In this document: positions 1-8,525 of the stretch, piece by piece | Layout of the letters: every line of letters starts with the position of its first letter | How positions within the stretch are numbered: position 1 is the first letter of the stretch | Source: Candidatus Magasanikiibacteriota bacterium | GTDB lineage: Bacteria; Patescibacteriota; Patescibacteriia; Magasanikbacterales; UBA922 | Reading direction: 5' to 3' | NCBI GenBank assembly: GCA_016193335.1 | Contig: JACPSK010000005.1 | Coordinates: 13,308 to 77,307 of the forward strand | Length of the DNA: 64,000 nt | The notes under the pieces: generated by a model | The model's input: only the letters and a program-made list of their open reading frames with translations | Told to the model about the DNA's origin: nothing | Database searches by the model: none | Program-made: the position numbers and the translations under genes

Positions 1-335
1 CTCGGAAATGGAAAAACGATCGTTTTTCCATTTCACTCGCCTACGTCGATAATAAATCAAAAACCCAAGCAAACTCGAATTGCTTGGGTATGTATTATTA
101 CATGGTAAGTTGAAGAGGGAGAGGATCCTCTCCCAAAGACCTTGGAGGGTCTGTATACGCCATACGGACAGAATGGAACGATTGTTCTATTTCTAGCTTT
201 TTTACCTCACCAAATAAAATAAGGCCATTAGCATTCTACCACGGTCACCCCACACGTCAATATGTTGACAAAGGCAATAAAAGATGTTATAGTTGTTTGT
301 TATTCGTTGATCTGTAGAACAGTAGCATCCGCGCT

Positions 336-953
336 CTAGAAGTACCCCACCCCTCCGGTAAACAACTTATACAAAAAGATGATAATCGGGCTGATAAGCT
401 GAAAGAAAAAGAAAATAAAAACCAACAATACAACAAAACCGTAACGTTCGAGAGATTCTTTTACATGCGAGAGAGAATCGGGCAATAAAGCATACAAAAG
501 TTTAGAGCCATCAAGAGGAGGAATCGGCACTAAATTGAAAACTCCCAAAAGCACGTTCGCGTACACAATAATAGATAGGAAAGAAGTAAGATTTGAAACA
601 GGCAAAAAACGAACCATGAGCCCAAATACTAATGCGAGCAAAAAATTTGACATGGGCCCTGCCAAAGCCACCCATACCGGCCCCCAACGCTGATCCCGCA
701 AATTGTAGGGATTAAAGGGCACCGGCTTGGCGTAAGCAAACAAAAAATTTCCCTGAGTAATAAGAAAGAGAATCAAGGGCATAAGCAAAGTCCCCCATTT
801 GTCTATATGAGCTCTCGGGTCAAGCGTGAGCCGCCCGGCATAGCGAGCAGTAGGGTCTCCCAAACGGTCTGCCATCCAGCCATGGCCGTATTCGTGCAAA
901 ATGGCCGAGGGTATTATAATCAAGAAAAAAAATAATAAAGGCAAAAATTCCAT
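336..953 (-). CDS. site-2 protease family zinc metalloprotease (peptidase M50)
   Basis: HExxH motif (LHEYGHGWMA) within a polytopic hydrophobic protein; this layout is typical of M50/S2P. Confidence 0.6.
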   Translation of the reverse strand: MEFLPLLFFFLIIIPSAILHEYGHGWMADRLGDPTARYAGRLTLDPRAHIDKWGTLLMPLILFLITQGNFLFAYAKPVPFNPYNLRDQRWGPVWVALAGPMSNFLLALVFGLMVRFLPVSNLTSFLSIIVYANVLLGVFNLVPIPPLDGSKLLYALLPDSLSHVKESLERYGFVVLLVFIFFFFQLISPIIIFLYKLFTGGVGYF

Positions 954-1123
954 ATAGAATCTCTTAAAAAAATAAGGCTTGACATCTCCTTTTATATAGT
1001 ATAGACTAATTGCACTATTATACGTTTTTAGGCTGAAAAGGTCAAAAGAGATATTCGAGAATAGAAGACTGATTCAGTCCAAAACCAAAATTATATAGTA
1101 CTCATAAGTTCTAAGCTTCACCT

Positions 1124-1288
1124 ATGTCAAAAGTCTGCGAACACTGCGGTAAAGGCTCACAAAAGTCTGCGACGAGAAGCCATTCCAAAATTAAAACACT
1201 GCGACGCCAATACGCCAATCTTCAAAAATTTGAAGGCAAAAAATATTGCACTCGCTGTATCAGAACCGCTTCAAAGCAAACCGCGTAA
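1124..1288 (+). CDS. rpmB: 50S ribosomal protein bL28 (54 aa; too short for the ORF track)
   Basis: MSKVCEHCGKG...SHSKIKTLRRQYANLQ...CTRC matches the bL28 N-terminal CxxCGK / SHS..TKRR..PNL pattern plus a zinc-ribbon Cys pair; followed by a GC hairpin and T-run. Confidence 0.5.
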   Translation: MSKVCEHCGKGSQKSATRSHSKIKTLRRQYANLQKFEGKKYCTRCIRTASKQTA

Positions 1289-1313
1289 AAAACTCCCCTA
1301 AAGGGGAGTTTTT
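1288..1313 (+). terminator. rho-independent terminator after rpmB
   Basis: aaaaactcccctaaaggggagttttt: GC stem followed by a T-run. Confidence 0.5.
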
Positions 1314-1339
1314 ATGTAAGAAAAAATGTTTATCCTAGC

Positions 1340-1443
1340 CTATACCTTTAGAACATATTCATTTTGAAGCTTCCGGAAGTCATCCCGCTCCGCTCTCGCA
1401 CTCGTCCTCCAGCTTCAAAATGAATATGTTCTAAAGGTATAGG
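1340..1443. repeat. perfect 32-bp inverted repeat around a 40-nt GC-rich loop, between convergent genes
   Basis: ctatacctttagaacatattcattttgaagct ... agcttcaaaatgaatatgttctaaaggtatag; the loop contains the 17-mer gctctcgcactcgtcct, which is also found at 20738. Confidence 0.5.
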
Positions 1444-1461
1444 CGTACGTTTATCCACATT

Positions 1462-2010
1462 CTATTTTTGGGATGTTTCCTGCCCCTCTCTGCCGTATAA
1501 ACCCAACAATTCTGCTCTTGCCAAAATCTGGCCCTGCATGGCTGCTTCTATGTCCTCTGCGCGGGCTTCGGCAGGGAGGTTCAGCTGTACATTGAGCGCG
1601 TATAATTTGAAAAAATAATGATGAACTCCTGAAGGAGGGCAGGGACCGCCATAACCGGGTTTGCCAAAACTGGTGATTCCTTCTCTCGCGTCTCCACTCG
1701 GGTTAAAAGATTCAGGGAACTCTGTAAGAGAAGGATCAATATCCCACATGGTCCAGTGCACCCAGGTCCTGCCCGGAGCGTCCGGATCATCCACAATCAA
1801 GACAAGCGATTTCGCGTCTTTCGGAACCTCGGAAATCTGCAAAGGCGGATTCAGATCCTCACCGTCACAAGTATATTTAGACGGGATCCTGTCTTCATTG
1901 GCAAAAGCAACGCTGGTGAGTTTCATAGGTTTTTCTTTTGATAAAATAAAACCGATATACCCAAAGATAAGCACAAAAAAAACTCCGACGAACACAAAAT
2001 TCTTTTTCAT
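1462..2010 (-). CDS. YbhB/YbcL family PEBP (Raf-kinase-inhibitor-like) protein, membrane-anchored
   Basis: DPDAPGRTWVHWTMWDIDP and GYGGPCPP...HHYFFKLYAL motifs are characteristic of bacterial PEBP. Confidence 0.7.
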   Translation of the reverse strand: MKKNFVFVGVFFVLIFGYIGFILSKEKPMKLTSVAFANEDRIPSKYTCDGEDLNPPLQISEVPKDAKSLVLIVDDPDAPGRTWVHWTMWDIDPSLTEFPESFNPSGDAREGITSFGKPGYGGPCPPSGVHHYFFKLYALNVQLNLPAEARAEDIEAAMQGQILARAELLGLYGREGQETSQK

Positions 2011-2016
2011 AGTCTT

Positions 2017-2949
2017 TTATTTATTTCTATGCAAGGCCCGTATATCGTGGGCATGCGGCGGCCTCATATATTCTCTATTTTCTATCATGGTCTTACAATC
2101 CTTGGAACAGGTATTTTCATATACAGTATTACACGGATCGCAGGAAATAAACAAGCGATTGCAAAATTTATTGGCGCAATTTCTGTATATGTCATTTGAA
2201 ACCTCGCAATGCAGGCAACGCCCGATAATCCGGGCGTCGGGAGACTTGTTTACCGGTATCATCATCCTTTCATCAAAGACAAAACATTTACCCTCGTAAA
2301 AACCCTCATCGCCGTATTTTTCCGCGTATTTCACAATCCCCCCTTCGAGCTGATACAGATTCTTGGGGTCAAAGCCCTGCGCGATAAAAAAAGCCGAAGC
2401 CGGCTCACAGCGTATGCCGCCGGTACAAAACATAACTATTTTTTTATCTTTGAAAAATTTATAAAATTCTATATGATCTTTGAGATCTCTAAAATATTTC
2501 ATGGGCGGACGAATGGAATTCACAAATCTCCCGATCTCCCATTCATAATCATTGCGCATATCCAAAAGAACCATGTCCTCGCCATTCTTCAGCCATTCGT
2601 GAAAGATATCTCTGTCTATATGTTTCCCTCTGCGATTCAGATCAAAAGATTCTCTTGTTTCTGTGGTGATGATTTCTTCTCTGACTTTTATTTTTAATTT
2701 GGGAAAAGGATGTATCTCCGAAAGGCTTTGCTTAAAATCCGTGTTCTTAAACAAACGATGTTGATTCATGTATTCTCTGTACAAACGAAGGCTTTCTTCA
2801 GAGCCGCTCAGAGTGGCGTTGATCCCATCATGCCCGAGGAGGATACGGCCAAGCAACTGCAATGCCTTGCAGACTTCTCTGTGCCGCTTAAGCTCTGATT
2901 TCGGATCTTGAATAAAGACTAATTTATAAAATAATAATACAGAATGCAT
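2017..2949 (-). CDS. trhO: rhodanese-domain tRNA uridine(34) hydroxylase (YceA/TrhO family)
   Basis: N-terminal UPF0176 region; rhodanese active-site loop CTGGIRCE; C-terminal Cys cluster. Confidence 0.65.
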   Translation of the reverse strand: MHSVLLFYKLVFIQDPKSELKRHREVCKALQLLGRILLGHDGINATLSGSEESLRLYREYMNQHRLFKNTDFKQSLSEIHPFPKLKIKVREEIITTETRESFDLNRRGKHIDRDIFHEWLKNGEDMVLLDMRNDYEWEIGRFVNSIRPPMKYFRDLKDHIEFYKFFKDKKIVMFCTGGIRCEPASAFFIAQGFDPKNLYQLEGGIVKYAEKYGDEGFYEGKCFVFDERMMIPVNKSPDARIIGRCLHCEVSNDIYRNCANKFCNRLFISCDPCNTVYENTCSKDCKTMIENREYMRPPHAHDIRALHRNK

Positions 2950-3018
2950 AAGGGAAGAAATATACTTAAAATGCTAGACTCTGGAAAATACTAGAATCTA
3001 GTCCCGCCTTTGGCGGGC

Positions 3019-3095
3019 TGGTCGGGCTAGGCAGACTCGAACTGCCGACCTCATGCACCCCATGCATGCGCGCTAGCCAACTGCGCTATAGCCCG
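3019..3095 (-). tRNA. tRNA-Pro (anticodon GGG)
   Basis: manual cloverleaf: acceptor CGGGCTA/TAGCCCG, D-arm GCGC..GCGC, anticodon stem CATGC/GCATG with loop ATGGGGT, T-arm GGCAG-TTCGAGT-CTGCC; the CCA end is encoded. Confidence 0.8.
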
Positions 3096-3108
3096 AAACT
3101 AATAAATT

Positions 3109-3182
3109 TGGTGGACTCACCGGGAGTCGAACCCGGGACTCGGCAATGCGAATGCCGCGTAATACCACTTTACTATGAGCCC
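3109..3182 (-). tRNA. tRNA-Ala (anticodon CGC)
   Basis: manual fold: acceptor GGGCTCA/TGAGTCC with the G3:U70 alanine identity pair, anticodon loop TTCGCAT, T-loop TTCGACT; the CCA end is encoded. Confidence 0.75.
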
Positions 3183-3185
3183 CTG

Positions 3186-3500
3186 AGAGTGGTGTGTCTT
3201 TACAGTTTGGCTAGAACCCATTTTATCCGAAACTCCTGAACGAAACCAGACCAAGGAAGCCAGCCCGCCGCCGCTCGCTACCACTCGCCACCCAGCAAAA
3301 AAGTTTTCTTCGCATTTCTGATTTTGCGCGCGCCGGATTTTTTCTTCTAAAAGGAAAAGAAAACTTTTTTGCTGGATTCTGCTCTCAACGAGCAGGGCGG
3401 CGGGCTTGGCCTCTATTTTTTGCAAGAACACGGCGGAATTCCCCCCACACCCCCCTTCCGCCGTGTTCTTGCGGGGACGGACGGAATTTTTGGCGGCGGC
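3186..3500. repeat. left ~310-bp inverted repeat (IR-A) of the accessory cassette; it contains three perfect 15-16 bp hairpins
   Basis: ~95% identical to the reverse complement of 8040-8336; internal palindromes agcaaaaaagttttc/gaaaacttttttgct, caagaacacggcggaa/ttccgccgtgttcttg and gcccgccgcc/ggcggcgggc. Confidence 0.8.
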
Positions 3501-4453
3501 TATTTTTCTAAATCTACCTCTTTGTCTCCAACTTTCAAATTTTTCTTTGCGATCCACACAAAACCCTTTTCCGGCGTAATGACGGCAACATCAATTGAAC
3601 CACCCACGCCGGGCATATCGCCTGGGTCGCCTGCGATACCATCAGAAAATCTTTGAATGGCCGTAGTTGTTCCAATTGCCAAGGTGCTAAAATCAATGCC
3701 GTCCTGCAAAGTCATGGTACCCCATTGGATGACGTATTCTAAACTCCTCAATTGTTTCTGAACTTCTTGCGCACCCATATCTGAAGCCATTTTTTGCATG
3801 GCCGGCAAATTGCCAATACGTCCATCAAAACCAAGAACGATTCTTGATACTACATCAATCTGACCTATCCAACTGGCACCATATTCTTGCCCTCGCTTTG
3901 CGCTATCTCTCTTGAGCTCAACATCGCCGGGAACATAAACCATCGCAACTTGATGCGATTCATCCTGATTGTAACCAGCAACAATGAACTGCAACTGTTC
4001 TACACCAGCGACGCCTTCTTTTTGGATTCCTTTCGGGTCTTTGAATTTGAACTTAATATGGCCCTTTTCTTCCTTGATCTCAATAATTTGACAGCCCTGT
4101 CGCTCCAAATCAGCTTTTATTTGATTAGGAAGAATTTTTAACTGCTCTTTATATTGATATTTTGTTTCAAAAAATTCTTGTAGCTTTTGAGCGGTTTCAA
4201 GCATTGTTAATTTTTCGGCTTCGATACTTTTCTTAAATTCTTCGATAAACCTGCTTATGTTTTTCAAGACGCCGTTTTCCGGCAAAAATGCCAGCCCCGC
4301 AACTATTAAACCCGCCCGATCATTTATCTTAAAAACCTTTGACGCAGAATCGGAGCCGATTCTGCTCATCCCTTTTTGATTTCGGTAGGACTGCCGACTA
4401 TCTGCGGCTAAAACGATTCCTTCCGGTGTAGTTGTGTTAATTCCAAGACTCAT
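3500..4453 (-). CDS. proteasome beta-subunit/HslV-like Ntn-hydrolase with a large coiled-coil insertion
   Basis: N-terminal TTTPEGIVLAADSRQS, KVFKINDRAGLIVAGLAFL and FIVAGYNQD..MVYVPGDV match the proteasome-beta/HslV signature blocks; ~80-aa charged helical insert; no adjacent AAA partner. Confidence 0.5.
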   Translation of the reverse strand: MSLGINTTTPEGIVLAADSRQSYRNQKGMSRIGSDSASKVFKINDRAGLIVAGLAFLPENGVLKNISRFIEEFKKSIEAEKLTMLETAQKLQEFFETKYQYKEQLKILPNQIKADLERQGCQIIEIKEEKGHIKFKFKDPKGIQKEGVAGVEQLQFIVAGYNQDESHQVAMVYVPGDVELKRDSAKRGQEYGASWIGQIDVVSRIVLGFDGRIGNLPAMQKMASDMGAQEVQKQLRSLEYVIQWGTMTLQDGIDFSTLAIGTTTAIQRFSDGIAGDPGDMPGVGGSIDVAVITPEKGFVWIAKKNLKVGDKEVDLEK

Positions 4454-5037
4454 AGTGTTATTTTTTTATTCAAAAATTTAATTATTACGGCTTCGACTGC
4501 CGTCCAGATAAGTGCGTTTGTTCCGTTTCCGATTATGCCGATGTTTGCCCAAGTTAGTCCGCCCAAGAGCAATGCCCAGCTAAAAATTGCTCCCGTTTCT
4601 TCATTCGCATATATTTTGGTTGCAATACTGGCTACGGTATTTCCTACGACGGTTCGTAAATCATTGGTTAAGTTTGTCCCGTCAGTTTTTATAGATTGTT
4701 CTCCGTGTCCCACATAATCCGGAGCGGGAGAGGTAACCACGCCACTGCTGGCGGGCGACATTCGTCGGTAGGAGTAATTAAACTCTTCCAGCTGTTGACG
4801 GCGGAAAAGCGGAATCCCAAGCAACTCAAATGCCTTATCAGTCAAGAGGATTGATCTGGTTTTTTGTCTCCCTTTCTCTAAAAATCCTTGTTTTGTAAGG
4901 GCGGAAATAATACCGCTTACAGATTTATGGTCAGAAACGTGAATGCCCACGACCATTTCCTGAAGCGTGGGTGAGGCACCGTACTTAACCCTGTAATCGG
5001 CTATAAACCGTATAAGATTTTCCTGATTCCTAGTCAT
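4450..5037 (-). CDS. LexA-type winged-helix DNA-binding domain fused to a glycine-rich hydrophobic C-terminal region; no S24 peptidase domain
   Basis: N-terminal ~70 aa (NLIRFIADYRVKYGASPTLQEMVVGI..ISALTKQGFLEKG) resembles the LexA DNA-binding domain; C-terminus GAIFSWALLLGGLTWANIGIIGNGTNALIW; 4-nt overlap with the downstream Ntn-hydrolase gene. Confidence 0.5.
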   Translation of the reverse strand: MTRNQENLIRFIADYRVKYGASPTLQEMVVGIHVSDHKSVSGIISALTKQGFLEKGRQKTRSILLTDKAFELLGIPLFRRQQLEEFNYSYRRMSPASSGVVTSPAPDYVGHGEQSIKTDGTNLTNDLRTVVGNTVASIATKIYANEETGAIFSWALLLGGLTWANIGIIGNGTNALIWTAVEAVIIKFLNKKITL

Positions 5038-5093
5038 ATTTCAATACTACTCCACAACCTTTGTGGAGTCAAGGCCTTTTCGTTGGGGATAAG

Positions 5094-5495
5094 TTATTTG
5101 AGCTCGGACTGAATAACTTTTAGTGCTTTGGTCATTCCTATTGTTAGTTCGTGCTCCCAAATTCTAAAAATTTTCCACCCCTGTTTCTTGTAGTGTCTAG
5201 TAACCTCATTATCCCTTTTCGCATTTCGCGCAATCTTCTGTGTCCAGTAGCTTTTGCGGACAGTCGGAATACGACAGTGCTTTTTACAGCCATGCCAAAA
5301 GCAAGAGTCAATAAAAATAACTGCTTCGTGCCCCTTCAAAACAATATCCGGCTTCCCAAAGTATTTGCCGGAATTTTTGCGATAGCGAAAACCGAGTTTC
5401 CAAAGTTCTTTACGAAATAATGTCTCAATCTTGCTGTCTTGGCTTTTTATCCGAGACATTATTTCGCTTCGCTTTTGTTTTGAAACAGTGTCCAT
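5094..5495 (-). CDS. vsr: very-short-patch-repair endonuclease Vsr
   Basis: MDTVSKQKRSEIMSRIKSQDSKIETLFR...FIDSCFWHGC motifs typical of Vsr; start taken at the internal Met to avoid overlapping the upstream gene. Confidence 0.75.
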   Translation of the reverse strand: MDTVSKQKRSEIMSRIKSQDSKIETLFRKELWKLGFRYRKNSGKYFGKPDIVLKGHEAVIFIDSCFWHGCKKHCRIPTVRKSYWTQKIARNAKRDNEVTRHYKKQGWKIFRIWEHELTIGMTKALKVIQSELK

Positions 5496-5502
5496 ACATG
5501 CG

Positions 5503-6570
5503 CTAGATTTGAATTTGCCAATCAGAAGGCATAACGATTTTGTCGTATTCACGCTTTGCCATAAATGGCGCGATTTCTTTGCTTGACGGAAATTCTGCGG
5601 CAAATTCTCGCCCAACATCTTGCAGTAACTTTGCGCCGAGATTAGCTCTATATTTTTTACTCAAACAAAGTTTGTACCAATCATCCAGATCGTTAACGGT
5701 AATGACGCCCTGTATTCGCTCGCTCCACCCGACTTGTTTGAGCAATGCCTCAATCGTTTCTCGCTCGGTATCAATGCAAACAATCACAATCCTGTCGGAA
5801 GTTATGTCGTCCGCGATGTCCTCCATAAGTTCCGGGGTAAGCGTAAGGTGTTTAACTTGAATTGCCGGGCCAAAGTTAGCCCAGATGTCCAAACCTCTGT
5901 CCGAGGCATTTGTTACGCCAACGCGATACAGCGCGGCAGGCGAAACAAGTCGGGTTTGTTTCGCGTCAATGCCGAGAACCATTTTTATAAATCGCTCAAA
6001 ATCCTTCAAAATTTCCTTATCTTTATTTCCAATCTCCAAAGTTACTTGCGCTTTCAACGCGCGGACGATTGTTGTAAAAAGGGCGTAAACCAAAATTTCA
6101 TACATTTTGTCCACGCTTCTGCGAAGTCCGGGCGTTGTTTGAAAAATAGCGACCAATTTTTTGAGATCAAAAGTGTCCGGCGTTGATTTTCTGATATAGT
6201 CCTCAACTTCTCGAACGGATGAGAGGCGCGCTTCCAACGCTTTGTAAATGTATGCCTCAACAACGCCCTTGCTTTTCTTGTTTATCTCGCCAAGTTTTGC
6301 AAGCAGTTCGGGCGGCATGGCGTTGGCTTCAAAAAGATGCCGCGTATTTATTTGCTTGTCGGTCGGGAAATAGCCAAAAAACTTTCTTGAAATCTCGTCG
6401 CTCCATTCTTTTGATTCTGACTCAAAATCATCGCGCTTGGATAAATCAAAATCACCGCCAGTTCTGTGATGATGTAAAGTTTCGGCTATTCGGATGAGTC
6501 GAAAAGAATAAACGCTTGATCTTTCGAACAAGTCACCAATTCTATTTTTTACTTCGAGTGCAGTTGTCAT
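5503..6570 (-). CDS. putative type II restriction endonuclease (355 aa)
   Basis: sits between a C5-methyltransferase fragment and vsr in an operon-like array; candidate PD-(D/E)xK residues GLDIW...AIQVKH; the size and the linked vsr resemble HpaII-type systems; I could not run a homology search. Confidence 0.35.
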   Translation of the reverse strand: MTTALEVKNRIGDLFERSSVYSFRLIRIAETLHHHRTGGDFDLSKRDDFESESKEWSDEISRKFFGYFPTDKQINTRHLFEANAMPPELLAKLGEINKKSKGVVEAYIYKALEARLSSVREVEDYIRKSTPDTFDLKKLVAIFQTTPGLRRSVDKMYEILVYALFTTIVRALKAQVTLEIGNKDKEILKDFERFIKMVLGIDAKQTRLVSPAALYRVGVTNASDRGLDIWANFGPAIQVKHLTLTPELMEDIADDITSDRIVIVCIDTERETIEALLKQVGWSERIQGVITVNDLDDWYKLCLSKKYRANLGAKLLQDVGREFAAEFPSSKEIAPFMAKREYDKIVMPSDWQIQI

Positions 6571-7316
6571 ACTTTTGTTGTCCAGTTTATTTGAACTGTC
6601 CTTTGCTCCACGCGATTAAAAATAAGTTTTCCGCCGAGAGGGTCTTGAAAAAATTCATGGAATGGATTTTCTCTAAAATTCTTAACGACGAACAAAAAAT
6701 ATCGGTTCTTCAACAACGAAGCGACAGAGTGCTCTTTGTTTGTCATCGCAATATTTCCGCTCGGTTCGTTCATTCCTTTTACTTCCACACCATAAAAAAT
6801 ACTTGGTGAAATAAGCCGAAAGTCAAAACCGCAACCGAGCTTGGTGGTGTCCTCAATTTCAAATCCTGCGAATAGATCAATTTCTTTGTATTTTGTTTTG
6901 AAATATTGCTCCGCCGCTTGTCCAGTTATGAGCCGTTTTGCAAAAGTTTGTTCCCCGACCCCTTCCTTTCTGGCAACCTCTTCCATCAAAACGTCAATAT
7001 CGTGTTCCTTGTAAACAATCTGCTTTAATAGTTTTGCAAACTCATCAAGCCGCAAACCATTGAACGTGTCGTAAATTGCTTTGCAATAATCGCGTATCGG
7101 GCGTTTGTGCCAACCCTTCCTGTTGTTTGGAAAAAGCGGATCAAATTCATCGCGATAATTTTTTACAGAAGCTGGCTGAACCCCTAATGCAAGCCCGATA
7201 ACATTAAACGCTTCCGCAAAATTATCGAAGTCAAGGTAACGCAAACCTTCTGTGTCAAACTTGGAAAGATACAACCCCGCGAGTATTGATTTTTCGCGCA
7301 AAGATAGTTTTTTCAT
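6567..7316 (-). CDS. DUF3883-like PD-(D/E)xK nuclease-fold protein
   Basis: GQAAEQYFKTKYKE...GFEIED...CGFDFRLIS...YGVEVKG matches the DUF3883 restriction-endonuclease-like pattern (E...D...ExK); starts with an ATGA overlap on the methyltransferase fragment stop. Confidence 0.45.
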   Translation of the reverse strand: MKKLSLREKSILAGLYLSKFDTEGLRYLDFDNFAEAFNVIGLALGVQPASVKNYRDEFDPLFPNNRKGWHKRPIRDYCKAIYDTFNGLRLDEFAKLLKQIVYKEHDIDVLMEEVARKEGVGEQTFAKRLITGQAAEQYFKTKYKEIDLFAGFEIEDTTKLGCGFDFRLISPSIFYGVEVKGMNEPSGNIAMTNKEHSVASLLKNRYFLFVVKNFRENPFHEFFQDPLGGKLIFNRVEQRTVQINWTTKV

Positions 7317-7675
7317 ACATTCTCCAACAAAAACGCTTTTGGCTGTTTCGCTCTCAAAATTCGTTCAACATCAAAAAATAAAGTTCCTCGCGTATCTGCA
7401 AAACCACGCCCGTTGCCGATAATACTAAACGCTTGGCACGGAAATCCTCCCGTCAAAATTTCGTGATCTGGCACTTCATCTGCAACGAGTTTTGTAATAT
7501 CGCCAAAAGGTTTTTCGCCAAAATTTGCTTCATACATGACTTGGCATGGCTCGTCCCATTCAGAAGTAAAAACGCATTCTCCTCCGGCGCGCTCAAAAGC
7601 TATGCGGATGCCGCCAATGCCCGCAAATAGGTCTATGAATTTGAATTTTTTACCATTTCCGTTTGCCATAGTCAT
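7313..7675 (-). CDS. DNA (cytosine-5)-methyltransferase N-terminal fragment (motifs I, IV and VI only, 120 aa)
   Basis: FIDLFAGIGG (motif I), GGFPCQAFS (motif IV) and ENV (motif VI), then a stop codon; the downstream ORF has no methyltransferase motifs VIII-X; this is either a decayed gene or a non-canonical short form. Confidence 0.6.
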   Translation of the reverse strand: MTMANGNGKKFKFIDLFAGIGGIRIAFERAGGECVFTSEWDEPCQVMYEANFGEKPFGDITKLVADEVPDHEILTGGFPCQAFSIIGNGRGFADTRGTLFFDVERILRAKQPKAFLLENV

Positions 7676-7884
7676 TTGATTAAATCATCAACCCTGACTT
7701 GCAGGGCATTGGCGACCTTCTTTAAAGTTTCGATTGTCGGATTATCTTGTTTGCCCGCCTCAATATTAACAACTGTGTTGTTTGAAACATCTGCAAGGCG
7801 CGCAAGTTTTTCCTGCGATATGCCCAGTTTTTCTCTCAGTTTCTTTACTGTTTTGCCTATATTGGTTTTACTTGACTCTGCCAT
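7672..7884 (-). CDS. XRE-family HTH protein, R-M controller (C-protein)-like
   Basis: 70 aa; LREKLGISQEKLARLADVSNNTVVNIEAG HTH; stop codon overlaps the methyltransferase start (ATGA). Confidence 0.65.
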   Translation of the reverse strand: MAESSKTNIGKTVKKLREKLGISQEKLARLADVSNNTVVNIEAGKQDNPTIETLKKVANALQVRVDDLIK

Positions 7885-8039
7885 AATAGATTAGTAACAT
7901 TAAATTGTAGTATACTTATTGAAAGCCCTAAACACAATATAATGTTACCAAAATATTTTGATTTAATCAAAGGGAGTTCCTTAACCTTTTCCGCGCACGG
8001 GTGGTGGGGCAAGGAAAAGTATTTAGTCGTCGCCAAAAA

Positions 8040-8336
8040 TCCCGTCCGTCCCCGCAAGAACACGGCGGAAGGGGGGTGTGGGGGGAATTCCGCCGTGTTC
8101 TTGCAAAAAATAGAGGCCAAGCCCGCCGCCTGCTATGTCGGGAGCAAAACCCAGCAAAAAAGTTTTCTTTTCCTTTTAGAAGAAAAAATTCGGCGCGCGC
8201 AAATCAGGAAAAGCGAAGAAAACTTTTTTGCTGGGTGGCGAGTGCCAGCGAGCGGCGGCGGGCTGGCTTCCTTGGTCTGGTTTCGGTCAAGAATTTCGGA
8301 TAAAATGAGTTCGAGCCAAACTGTAAAGACACACCA
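8040..8336. repeat. right ~310-bp inverted repeat (IR-B), an inverted copy of IR-A
   Basis: reverse complement aligns with 3186-3500 at roughly 95% identity, with the same three hairpins. Confidence 0.8.
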
Positions 8337-8466
8337 AAATCTGACTTTCGGAAAATTGACCGACTTTTTCGTTGGCGGCGCACAGCGCCGCCCATGCGTT
8401 TTGCCCCGACAAATCCTTCCCGCTCGGCGCGCGCAGGCGCGCCTCGCGGTTGGCCAAGACGAGGTT
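8333..8466. repeat. ~130-bp inverted repeat (IR-C) upstream of the recombinase; it copies the tRNA-Val 3' flank
   Basis: caccaaaatctgactttcggaaaattgaccgactttttcgttggcggcgcacagcgccgcc... is close to the reverse complement of 9922-10053, the sequence immediately 3' of tRNA-Val. Confidence 0.7.
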
Positions 8467-8525
8467 CGCCTCCCGTGCGATTTAGAAATTCTGTCTCGGA
8501 TTTGCTTTGCCCAATTAAAAAATAT

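Noticed and set aside
3117-3557. 146-aa ORF (and its counterpart ORF at 7942-8529) lying inside the 310-bp inverted repeats and the tRNA-Ala gene
   Set aside because: It overlaps a tRNA gene and perfect palindromes and has low-complexity composition. The frame is kept open in both repeat copies only because the repeats are ~95% identical. It is a spurious ORF inside a structured repeat.
5503-5618. Long N-terminal extension of the Vsr ORF (track call 5094-5618) overlapping the upstream endonuclease-like gene by 116 nt
   Set aside because: Vsr homology begins at the internal Met (MDTVSKQKRSEIMSRIK). The extension is probably untranslated, so the gene was trimmed to 5094-5495.
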